Shown in pieces: positions 15,540 to 23,630 of a stretch of 29,377 nucleotides of DNA (positions are counted from its first letter, which is position 1; each line of letters begins with the position of its first letter). The position numbers were made by a program, and so were the translations under genes. The stretch comes from a virus. The stretch lies in the IMG/VR virus record IMGVR_UViG_3300045988_091431; one strand, written 5' to 3'. The notes below the pieces were generated by a model. The model saw only the letters and a list, made by a program, of their open reading frames with translations, searched no databases and was not told the origin of the DNA.

Positions 15540-16582
15540 TAGACAATATAGACCGGCTCCTCACACAGCTAGCCAACCACGACAACGCCATCGACACCAT
15601 CGACGACAATCTAGCCAATGGTACTGTACGCCGCACACGCATCTCCGAATGGACCTTACCGAACGGAGAAACAGGCCGATCCATACAAAAAATAATCGAC
15701 CACCAACCCGCAACAAACCCCTACCCTGTAGACGAACTCGTCGATAAACTAGCCGAATGGACACCCCCAAAACCCGAACCAGACACCCGCACCGACTACA
15801 GCACTGCGGCCTTCGTCATCGGGGCAGGCGACTTCCAAATCGGCAAAGGCATCCCCGGCGGAGAAACATCACACTTCGCCGACGACTACCTACGCTCCCT
15901 CATAGTCGCAAAACACTACTGGCAACAGGCAGGCAAACCGCAACGGGTCCACATCGCCTTCCTCGGCGACATGATCGAAGGATACGTGTCACAAGGAGGC
16001 AACAACGCCTGGCGCACACAAACACCCCTCACCGAACAAATCAGGCTCACCCGCATGGCCATGATGCAACTCATCCACCAATTCGACCACTGCAAAAATG
16101 TGACCATCACATCCATCCCCGGCAACCACGGGGAAGCCGTACGCTTCGGCAAAGGCGTCACCACCTACGACGACTCCTTCGACGTGGACTGCTGCCGCGC
16201 CATCGCAGAAGCCTACCAGCTCAACAACCAATACCCCAACCTACACTTCCACTTCCCCAGCCGAGACGAAATGACCACCACCGTCGACGTGGCAGGCACA
16301 CAAATACTGCACGCCCACGGGCACCAATGGCGCACCGGCAAACACTATGATTGGTGGCGCGGACAAGAATTCCACAACGGCACCACATCCCATATTCTCA
16401 TGGCCGGGCACCGGCACCACCTCGAAATCTCCGAGCAAGGACAACGCACCTTCATCCAATGCCCATCCATGGAAGGCGAATCCACATGGTACCGGCACAA
16501 GACAGGCACCACCGGAAACCCCGGACTCGTGTGCTACACTATCAACAACAAAACACCAAACAACTACCAGATAGCCAGGTAA
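15536..16582 (+). CDS. Calcineurin-like metallophosphoesterase (348 aa), possibly an SbcD/Mre11-like nuclease
   Basis: Phosphoesterase motifs GAGDFQIG, LGDMIEG, GNHG, HAHGH, GHRHH in canonical order. GTG start with GAGGAA upstream. Confidence 0.8.
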   Translation: MIDNIDRLLTQLANHDNAIDTIDDNLANGTVRRTRISEWTLPNGETGRSIQKIIDHQPATNPYPVDELVDKLAEWTPPKPEPDTRTDYSTAAFVIGAGDFQIGKGIPGGETSHFADDYLRSLIVAKHYWQQAGKPQRVHIAFLGDMIEGYVSQGGNNAWRTQTPLTEQIRLTRMAMMQLIHQFDHCKNVTITSIPGNHGEAVRFGKGVTTYDDSFDVDCCRAIAEAYQLNNQYPNLHFHFPSRDEMTTTVDVAGTQILHAHGHQWRTGKHYDWWRGQEFHNGTTSHILMAGHRHHLEISEQGQRTFIQCPSMEGESTWYRHKTGTTGNPGLVCYTINNKTPNNYQIAR

Positions 16583-16589
16583 TAGTGCC

Positions 16590-16910
16590 ATGAGCAGACG
16601 ACCAACAAAAGCCGACCTCGCCACCACCGCATCGTGGGTGTGGGCCACAGACCATCATCTACGCACACTCAACCGGGCATGCACCAAAACAGCCGCACAC
16701 TACCCCGCAATCAGTGCAGACGACCTCTACCAAGACTCCCTACTATATATTGCGGTGCGGGAACAATACCACAACCTAGACAACAAACACTACACCAAAA
16801 TGTGCTACAGGGTAGCCAAACGACTAGCCAACAAAACCATACAACACCTAGACCAGCCGAAACCTTTAACCGATATCATTCATCTAGCCGACAACCAAAC
16901 AAGCATTTAA
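16590..16910 (+). CDS. Sigma-70 region-2-like protein (106 aa). Putative transcription factor fragment
   Basis: ADDLYQDSLLYIAVRE ... HYTKMCYRVAKRLANKTIQHL fits the sigma region 2.1-2.4 pattern. Recognised by eye only. Confidence 0.45.
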   Translation: MSRRPTKADLATTASWVWATDHHLRTLNRACTKTAAHYPAISADDLYQDSLLYIAVREQYHNLDNKHYTKMCYRVAKRLANKTIQHLDQPKPLTDIIHLADNQTSI

Positions 16911-16930
16911 AAGGAGAACACACACCATGG
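16911..16930 (+). promoter_or_regulatory. Start-associated cassette AAGGAGAACACACACC-ATGG (copy 3, one mismatch)
   Basis: 19/20 identity with the other two copies. Confidence 0.55.
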
Positions 16931-17211
16931 TCACAACCATCCTCGACGACGGCACCCAAACCACCAGGCTACAAACAGTAGGCGCCACCACCACCGCCAT
17001 CATCACCAACACAGAAACACCCGAAACCATCACCGCCAAATACACCATCAGTAAAGACGGCACAGCCACCTACAGCATCAGCGGAAACACCTATTTGGGA
17101 GACCACCAACACATTATCAAACTCATGTACGACTACTGCCACTGCGTGGGACGATTCGACACCATCAACACCAGCAACCCAGACAACCTCGACAACCTAT
17201 TCAGGGGATGA
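16927..17211 (+). CDS. Hypothetical protein (94 aa), Thr-rich N-terminus
   Basis: Start carries the conserved AAGGAGAACACACACC-ATGG cassette. Confidence 0.55.
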   Translation: MVTTILDDGTQTTRLQTVGATTTAIITNTETPETITAKYTISKDGTATYSISGNTYLGDHQHIIKLMYDYCHCVGRFDTINTSNPDNLDNLFRG

Positions 17212-17214
17212 CCA

Positions 17215-17613
17215 GTGAACCGAACCTACACCACCGCCGACATCATCCAAGCCGCCCAATGGATCTGGAACGGAGGCCCATGGAAACCCTCCGTGGAGCC
17301 GGGCATGCCACCACCACCAACCGCGCCACAACACCACGGCAACAACATCGTTACCATGATCGATCTACAGCTAGCCATCGACGACTACACCCTCACCTGC
17401 CAGCCATCCAAACAGCGAAAACATTTAGCTAGGCTGGCAGCATTCCGGGAAGTATACGGGTATGACCAAACCTATTCGGTGGCAGCCCAACGACTCGGAG
17501 TCACCCGGCAGACGGTGAAACAGTGGGCAGACCAAACACTCATCACCCTAACAGGCTACGCAAACAGTAGATACTATCCAGACGATAGCGACGACAGCAC
17601 AAGGATGGGATAA
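17215..17613 (+). CDS. HTH protein with a sigma-70 region-4-like C-terminus (132 aa)
   Basis: LARLAAFREVYGYDQTYSVAAQRLGVTRQTVKQWADQTLITL resembles sigma region 4.2 / HTH. GTG start with AGGGGA upstream. Confidence 0.55.
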   Translation: MNRTYTTADIIQAAQWIWNGGPWKPSVEPGMPPPPTAPQHHGNNIVTMIDLQLAIDDYTLTCQPSKQRKHLARLAAFREVYGYDQTYSVAAQRLGVTRQTVKQWADQTLITLTGYANSRYYPDDSDDSTRMG

Positions 17614-17617
17614 AACC

Positions 17618-18130
17618 ATGGACAACACAACCAATATCCCCTACACTGCCCTCAAAACAGCGGTACACCGAATCATCCAACAACAGCCCACCAACATGAA
17701 CCAGCTGCAAAACATTGTTGACAGTGTCGAAAACCAGTACCGTGTACCCATCTCACTCGACAACGTGAACCTTACCGTCAAAGAAGTCAGCCTCGACAAC
17801 CTTGCTATCGACCAGGACACGCTAGACGAGTGCAGCGAAATCTTGTGGGACTGCGACAGTGCAGGATACCCAAACAACAGCAACACCCGTGGCATTCCAG
17901 ACGACACACAGGCAAGCCAGGAAGCCATAGACTGGCTCGCCGGAATCGCATACCAGGCAAAACTACTACAATCGGAAGCCGACGATATCATGCAGTCAAT
18001 CATCTGCCACCGCGACAACCACAAAAACGTTATCGGCCAGGATGTTCTAGATCAGGCCAACGAAACGATCTCCGCCTGCCTCCACCTGGACCAGCTGATC
18101 GAAGAAACCATCAACAACAACGAATCATAG
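17618..18130 (+). CDS. Hypothetical acidic protein (170 aa). Last gene of the plus-strand operon
   Basis: ATG 5 nt after the upstream stop. No recognisable motif. Confidence 0.6.
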   Translation: MDNTTNIPYTALKTAVHRIIQQQPTNMNQLQNIVDSVENQYRVPISLDNVNLTVKEVSLDNLAIDQDTLDECSEILWDCDSAGYPNNSNTRGIPDDTQASQEAIDWLAGIAYQAKLLQSEADDIMQSIICHRDNHKNVIGQDVLDQANETISACLHLDQLIEETINNNES

Positions 18131-18151
18131 AATACTATAGACACAAAAATA

Positions 18152-18199
18152 GTGCCCCAGCGGCAACCACCACAGATCGTGGCAGCACCGCTGGGGCAC
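18152..18199. terminator. Hairpin terminator between the convergent operons: 12-bp perfect stem GTGCCCCAGCGG / CCGCTGGGGCAC with an inner CCAC...GTGG stem. On the minus strand it is followed by TATTTTTGTGTC
   Basis: Read directly. The T-tract is on the minus-strand side, so it mainly terminates the late operon after the holin. Confidence 0.55.
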
Positions 18200-18211
18200 A
18201 CACATATTCAA

Positions 18212-18613
18212 TTATGCAACAGTAGACTCTACCGTGCCAACCTCAGACTCGGCAGCACGCCGAGGCTCATAGCCTACACCAAGATCCGCATCATCCATCG
18301 GCTCGATCATGCCAGGATCCGACACATCCACCGAGTGCGGCTCAACCAAGCCCCCATCATCCGGTGGAACCAAACCCGCATCAAGCTGAGGCTTGCCGGG
18401 CTTGCCGGCCACAAACGACGGGCTACCAAACGATGTAGCAACCGACAGCACCGCAGCCACCGTAGCTGTGATCAGGGCAGACTCCCACGGCAAACCGCGA
18501 AACGACTCCGCAGTATACGTGACACCCGCCGTCACCCCCAACACAGCAACAAACGTTTGCACAAAAGTCTTAGCCGCCCGCTCCAGTAAACCTAACCAAA
18601 ACTGTTTACCCAC
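18212..18613 (-). CDS. Holin (133 aa, two TM segments, charged C-terminus)
   Basis: Hydrophobic segments FVQTFVAVLGVTAGV and ALITATVAAVLSVATSF. Immediately downstream of the amidase. GTG start with GGTGG upstream. Confidence 0.6.
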   Translation of the reverse strand: MGKQFWLGLLERAAKTFVQTFVAVLGVTAGVTYTAESFRGLPWESALITATVAAVLSVATSFGSPSFVAGKPGKPQLDAGLVPPDDGGLVEPHSVDVSDPGMIEPMDDADLGVGYEPRRAAESEVGTVESTVA

Positions 18614-18625
18614 AACAAACCACCA

Positions 18626-19489
18626 TCACTTTTTCAAACCGTTAACAGCAGACTCAAGCCTGTCAATACGGCTACGACACTCCAACACGTAATACCAGAC
18701 ACTCCACAGGGCATCCTTAGTGCGCCACAGCTTCCCCGTCACCGGATTCTTCACCCACGACAAAGCCTCCACACGTTTACCCAAATCACCATTCTGAACC
18801 TGAACCACACCAACATCGTGATGCAGCTTATTCACCGAACCAGTAAGCTGAGCAGACAATTGTTTAATCTGATCATGTAACGCTTTCACATCAGCCACCG
18901 TTAACTCCTCACTACTTGAACCGCCGCCGTGGCCATTCACCACAGCCATAAACCTGTCCCACGGAAACCACGGCCCCGGATCGTCATGATCCGACTGATG
19001 CCACGCATCCGTCACATCAGTATGCCCGCAGATGCCCCGCCTACCCGCTTTCAGATCGGATACGCTAAGCTTCCTTTTCGGAACACCATGCTTGTCACAC
19101 AACTGCCGGCACAGGACAGCCGCCCTCTCCACTGCGGGCCACACCCGCGGATCAAGCCACTGCTCCCTCGTGTAAGCATGCCCTGGCACACGGAACGAGG
19201 CGTGCGAACCCCCATCCGCGCAAATCTCTATACCCAAACTATGCGGATTCGGCGGGGCATGCCAACCAATCGTAGACTCGGACAGGCACTGCACCGTCTC
19301 CCCAATATCACACACATAATGGGCAGAACCACCCGACGATGGGGACGCAAAATAGTTCGCCGTGGACACCGCCCGCCCCTTACGCGAGGCAGACGGAAAC
19401 CCCACATCCGGGCATGTCGCGTGAATCACAACACGGTTCACCGGCTTATTTGATCCGGCAGAGTGATGCGCCGCTGGAATGTATCTCAC
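18626..19489 (-). CDS. Endolysin, N-acetylmuramoyl-L-alanine amidase (Amidase_2/PGRP fold) (287 aa)
   Basis: VVIHAT...SAHYVCD...GWHA...NPHSLGIEI...ICGHTDV amidase signature. GTG start with GGGGGTGG upstream. Confidence 0.85.
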   Translation of the reverse strand: MRYIPAAHHSAGSNKPVNRVVIHATCPDVGFPSASRKGRAVSTANYFASPSSGGSAHYVCDIGETVQCLSESTIGWHAPPNPHSLGIEICADGGSHASFRVPGHAYTREQWLDPRVWPAVERAAVLCRQLCDKHGVPKRKLSVSDLKAGRRGICGHTDVTDAWHQSDHDDPGPWFPWDRFMAVVNGHGGGSSSEELTVADVKALHDQIKQLSAQLTGSVNKLHHDVGVVQVQNGDLGKRVEALSWVKNPVTGKLWRTKDALWSVWYYVLECRSRIDRLESAVNGLKK

Positions 19490-19540
19490 AACACGCCACC
19501 CCCAAACACTACTATCAACACTAGTAACACCCTTCCTCTT

Positions 19541-20347
19541 TTACTTGTGGGATGATACGGTAACCACCGGCGATGGTTTCACACCCTGGCAGGCCACCGA
19601 ACCCGCTATGGTAGAGGCCGCACCGTCACTATATTTCACAACCAGGCGGCCCCCGGAACAGTACACAGACACCACCGAGCGCCCATCCTTACCATCTTTA
19701 CCATCGGATCCGTTCGCACCGGCAGAACCCTGCGGCCCCTGAGGCCCAACAGGGCCACGCTCACCCTGTGCACCGGCTACACCAGGGGGGCCAACAGGGC
19801 CACGGCCACCATCAGCCCCATCAGCGCCATCCCTACCTGGCACGCCATCCCGGCCATCAGCCCCGTTCACACCATCACGGCCATCCGAACCGTTCGCGCC
19901 AGGCAACCCGTCAGGACCTTTCACACCATTCAAACCCGGGGAACCCTGCGGACCAACAGGGCCAACCAGCCCAGCCGAACCATTAACACCATCCCGGCCG
20001 TCAACCCCTGCAGGCCCTTGCGGGCCGCGCACACCAGCAGGACCCGGCACACCCTGCACGCTACGCTCAACACGCTGAGCATCCACACACAAGCCAGACC
20101 GGTGAAGACGCACCGACTCCTGCCCGCCAGAGGCACACACCTGCCGCACACGGCTGGCCAACCCTTTAGCGGCTGTACCATTCGACTGGGCTTTAGCCTG
20201 CTCCGAATCCCGCTGGGAAGCCACAGCACCGAAACGTAAAGCACCCCCAGCAACCACCGCCAACAGCACAAGCGACAGGAACAACAGTATCAGGGAAGCC
20301 TTCTCAAACGAGCGGCGCTGCCGCTTCTCTTCCTCCAACTCCCTCAC
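19541..20347 (-). CDS. Collagen-like (Gly-X-Y repeat) protein with an N-terminal TM anchor (268 aa). Putative tail fibre / host-adhesion protein
   Basis: About 45 consecutive G-X-Y triplets (GPQGPAGVDGRDGVNG...). N-terminal ASLILLFLSLVLLAVVAGGAL. GTG start with GGGGGGTGA upstream. Confidence 0.8.
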   Translation of the reverse strand: MRELEEEKRQRRSFEKASLILLFLSLVLLAVVAGGALRFGAVASQRDSEQAKAQSNGTAAKGLASRVRQVCASGGQESVRLHRSGLCVDAQRVERSVQGVPGPAGVRGPQGPAGVDGRDGVNGSAGLVGPVGPQGSPGLNGVKGPDGLPGANGSDGRDGVNGADGRDGVPGRDGADGADGGRGPVGPPGVAGAQGERGPVGPQGPQGSAGANGSDGKDGKDGRSVVSVYCSGGRLVVKYSDGAASTIAGSVACQGVKPSPVVTVSSHK

Positions 20348-20350
20348 AAT

Positions 20351-20614
20351 TCACCCCCCACCACCATCAACAGTATCCTTCAAAAACTCGGGCAAATCAG
20401 GCATCTTTACAGGCTCAACATTCTCCGGTAGATTCGCGTTATAGCGATGAACAATATGGCGAATATTCCACGTGTATTCTTCCATCGCATCAACCTGCGC
20501 AGACAACTGCCTAAGCCTCTTCTTCGACCTGTACGTAGCCGCCTGAATCGAACCAAGGACAGTAGCGATAGCGGTACAAATAGAGGCTACGAGTGTGGGT
20601 GTAAGCCATGACAC
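20351..20614 (-). CDS. Small membrane protein (87 aa)
   Basis: GTG start with TAGGGGG 5 nt upstream. N-terminal TM segment. Confidence 0.5.
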   Translation of the reverse strand: MSWLTPTLVASICTAIATVLGSIQAATYRSKKRLRQLSAQVDAMEEYTWNIRHIVHRYNANLPENVEPVKMPDLPEFLKDTVDGGGG

Positions 20615-20670
20615 TACAGCCCCCTACCACTACAACCACCACAACATGTCACATACCCGCAAGCCGCGCA

Positions 20671-21489
20671 TTACACGCCGACAGCAATCCAGTTAGCTAT
20701 CGCAGGCACACCATTCGGCTTAGACCCATCATTCGTGATAAACGCCAACTGAAAATCCTTGGCAGTAACATTGTAGGCTTTCACATTAATCTGCTGCGTG
20801 CCCCCAGCCGCCGTAGCCATAGACGCCACCACCACAGGCGGACTACTGAACTGGCGCTCAAACGGGATCGTGTAAGCATACACAGCAGACCCGCCAAACT
20901 GGATCTGCTTAGAACCCGTCTCAATCCTGGGGGACAGCAACATCCACTCGTTAGCATGATTAGCCCACACAGCCCCAGAAGGAACCATCACCCGGTCACC
21001 CTCCACAGGGGTAGGATCACACGCAGCAGACTCGCCAAACGCCACACGGGCCGCCACAGCACGCCTGTCAAGCTGCTGCTGCAACCCGTTAGACGACACC
21101 ACCAAAGTAGCCAACAACTGCTGATGAAACACGCCAGGCTCAGCCCTTAACACATCCCTGGCACGCTCCGCACGCCCCCCAGGAACAATCTCCAACCTGG
21201 CCGTATTCTGCTCCCAATCCCGAGACAGGACAACATAGTCATAACGGGTCTCGCCAGGACCAGGCAGCTGCCCCGTCACCGTCTCAACACTATTCGACGT
21301 GCACATCACCCCGTGAGCCCAAGCCTGCCCCGGCAAAACACTACACAACACTGTGGCACCCTGAACAGTAGTGCCGACACGAAAATCGTCCGGGCCCTTC
21401 ACGGACGGCATATTACCCATCAGACCAGACATTTGAGCCCAATCATACTCGGTCAACACACCATCAAAACCCTTGCACACAATACCCAC
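20671..21489 (-). CDS. Minor tail protein (272 aa)
   Basis: Position between the tail-lysin-like protein and the lysis cassette. GTG start with TTGGGGG upstream. Confidence 0.5.
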   Translation of the reverse strand: MGIVCKGFDGVLTEYDWAQMSGLMGNMPSVKGPDDFRVGTTVQGATVLCSVLPGQAWAHGVMCTSNSVETVTGQLPGPGETRYDYVVLSRDWEQNTARLEIVPGGRAERARDVLRAEPGVFHQQLLATLVVSSNGLQQQLDRRAVAARVAFGESAACDPTPVEGDRVMVPSGAVWANHANEWMLLSPRIETGSKQIQFGGSAVYAYTIPFERQFSSPPVVVASMATAAGGTQQINVKAYNVTAKDFQLAFITNDGSKPNGVPAIANWIAVGV

Positions 21490-21509
21490 AACAAACCCCC
21501 AATTCTTTT

Positions 21510-22667
21510 CTAAAATTTTTGCAAATCCCGCACACCCGCAGCCAAATCAGCCACACGGCGAGCCAACAGGGCCGACGGATTATCCTCATAATCCCCCGCA
21601 ATAGGAGTCACCTTCGTCCACCCGTCACCAGGCGAATCGCACTCCACATCAATCTGCCGAACAATCTCCGCAATAGGCCCCGAGCCCACATCCACATAGA
21701 TCAAATCACCCGGCATCAGATTGCCTGGCCCAAACCGCAACACATCCGACTCAGCCAACTCGATCTTAAACCCCGACGTGGCCCCCGACTCGGACAACAC
21801 CCGCTCCGCCTCATCAATAAGATGCACATGCTCAGAATCCGTGTTACGGGCATCCTTAAACACCTCGACACGATCAAACCACTCATCCTCGGCCAACGCG
21901 TCAAAATCCTCACAAAACAGACGATCTTTGCCCTCGCCGCGGCCACCCACAACCACCGCCGTAGCCTTCGGGGCGTCACGCACATACTCCCACGACACAA
22001 TCGAACCAGACTCGGCAGTCAACACATGGTCACGCGTCACAGCAGGCACACAATCAAACAGTAAACCCCGCTGATCCTGCTTCACATTCTCAAACTGTTT
22101 CACCGTGACAGTCATCCGAGCCCACGACAACACCGGCAACAACTTATCGGCAAACACGTGAAACCGCGCCTGAAAATCCTTAATATAGCGGCCACGACTC
22201 TTATCATCCACCATAAATATATCAGGCGGAAAACGCCAAGTATTATCCCGCAACGCCTTCTTAGCGACCGACTCCGCCGCACCCGAATAGTGGGCATAAT
22301 CCCTATTGGCACGCCACTCCATCCCAATGATGCTGGAACGATTAGGCACAGGCCACAACAGCATACGCCACAACAGCCGGATATCATCCTCACACGTGAT
22401 AGTCACCCGAGAGGACTGCCACGGACCCACACCATGAACCCGACGCACAGGCCCAGAAAAAATCTGGCCACCACCATAATCAACAACCAGCCGTGCACCC
22501 GGCCTAGTCAACCCGTCAAGCCTAGAATGATCACCCGACACCACCAACTCCAAAGTGGACAAACCATTCCACTTCAACGACAACTTCAATGATTCAAAAA
22601 AATTGATAGGCGCCACACGGCGATAATCCGGCGTAAACAACGTTACATGCGGAACAAGACCAGCCAT
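21510..22667 (-). CDS. Minor tail protein, Tal-like (385 aa)
   Basis: Position downstream of the Dit-like protein. ATG at 22667 with GGTGA upstream. Confidence 0.55.
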   Translation of the reverse strand: MAGLVPHVTLFTPDYRRVAPINFFESLKLSLKWNGLSTLELVVSGDHSRLDGLTRPGARLVVDYGGGQIFSGPVRRVHGVGPWQSSRVTITCEDDIRLLWRMLLWPVPNRSSIIGMEWRANRDYAHYSGAAESVAKKALRDNTWRFPPDIFMVDDKSRGRYIKDFQARFHVFADKLLPVLSWARMTVTVKQFENVKQDQRGLLFDCVPAVTRDHVLTAESGSIVSWEYVRDAPKATAVVVGGRGEGKDRLFCEDFDALAEDEWFDRVEVFKDARNTDSEHVHLIDEAERVLSESGATSGFKIELAESDVLRFGPGNLMPGDLIYVDVGSGPIAEIVRQIDVECDSPGDGWTKVTPIAGDYEDNPSALLARRVADLAAGVRDLQKF

Positions 22668-22674
22668 CAACTAT

Positions 22675-23616
22675 TCACCAAGCCCTCAAAAACCTGTACT
22701 GCACCGACACAACAATGGCACCCAAACCAACCATCTCAATATTCACACTCCGAGAACCGCCAGGCGGGATAGGCGCAAACTCCCACTCCGTCAAACGATC
22801 CATCACATCCTCAAACCCGTTCAACAACGCAGACTGTTTACGAGGATCAGTGTCAATAGTGATCCAATCATACTCCTCGACAGGATAGTCTGATGACACA
22901 CACAAACCATCAATCTGCACAGACCACGACTCCAAAGGCCCCTCAACACGAATCACAGGCCACGCAGGCACATCACCCCTGTTAGACAGATTATCCCAAC
23001 CCGAGCCCACACCCGGTGTTAACACCACAGGAAACGCCGTGCCATCCTTGCCGACAGGGCCGCCACCCAACCAATCCTGCAACTTCGCATTACTAAAACG
23101 AAACTTTTGCTCATCCCCATACCAAAACGGGTCATAGGCTGTCAAATGCAACACATAGCGGGCATAACCCCTGTTCACCGGATCAACCGTAAACGTGTCA
23201 TCAGCAGAATCAAACCGGCACCGCAACACACGCTCACGACCGGCAGGAGTCTTCACCGACAACTCCCCCTCCTCCCCGGGAGGAAAAGCAGACCACAACT
23301 CGTCATAGGCTTTCAAAAAACCGTCACGAAACCCGCCCACCGGATCCGGGTCAACACCCGACACCAACACCGGCAGCGTCACCTCGCGAGGCTTCACATT
23401 AAACCCGCGCCACTCCGAACCGTGCACCCCAACATGAGTTTGAGAAAAATGCTCAACCTCAGGAACACCCAAACCGCGCAACGAATCATTCAACAACATG
23501 ACAGGAGACGCACCCGTATAATCCGTCAAATGAAGCACACGCTCATCGCCAAACCGCGGATCCATAGACCAGGTCACAGTCAAACCAGAACGATCAGACT
23601 GGTCAGGAATAAACAT
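22675..23616 (-). CDS. Distal tail protein (Dit-like) (about 313 aa)
   Basis: Immediately downstream of the tape measure. ATG at 23616 with AAAGGGG 5 nt upstream (alternative GTG at 23634 overlaps the TMP stop). Confidence 0.55.
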   Translation of the reverse strand: MFIPDQSDRSGLTVTWSMDPRFGDERVLHLTDYTGASPVMLLNDSLRGLGVPEVEHFSQTHVGVHGSEWRGFNVKPREVTLPVLVSGVDPDPVGGFRDGFLKAYDELWSAFPPGEEGELSVKTPAGRERVLRCRFDSADDTFTVDPVNRGYARYVLHLTAYDPFWYGDEQKFRFSNAKLQDWLGGGPVGKDGTAFPVVLTPGVGSGWDNLSNRGDVPAWPVIRVEGPLESWSVQIDGLCVSSDYPVEEYDWITIDTDPRKQSALLNGFEDVMDRLTEWEFAPIPPGGSRSVNIEMVGLGAIVVSVQYRFLRAW

Positions 23617-23630
23617 GCATACCCCTTTAC

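Noticed and set aside
17208-17432. 74-aa ORF in an alternative frame overlapping the start of the HTH gene
   Set aside because: Arg/His-rich nonsense-like translation. The overlapping GTG-initiated frame encodes a recognisable HTH domain.
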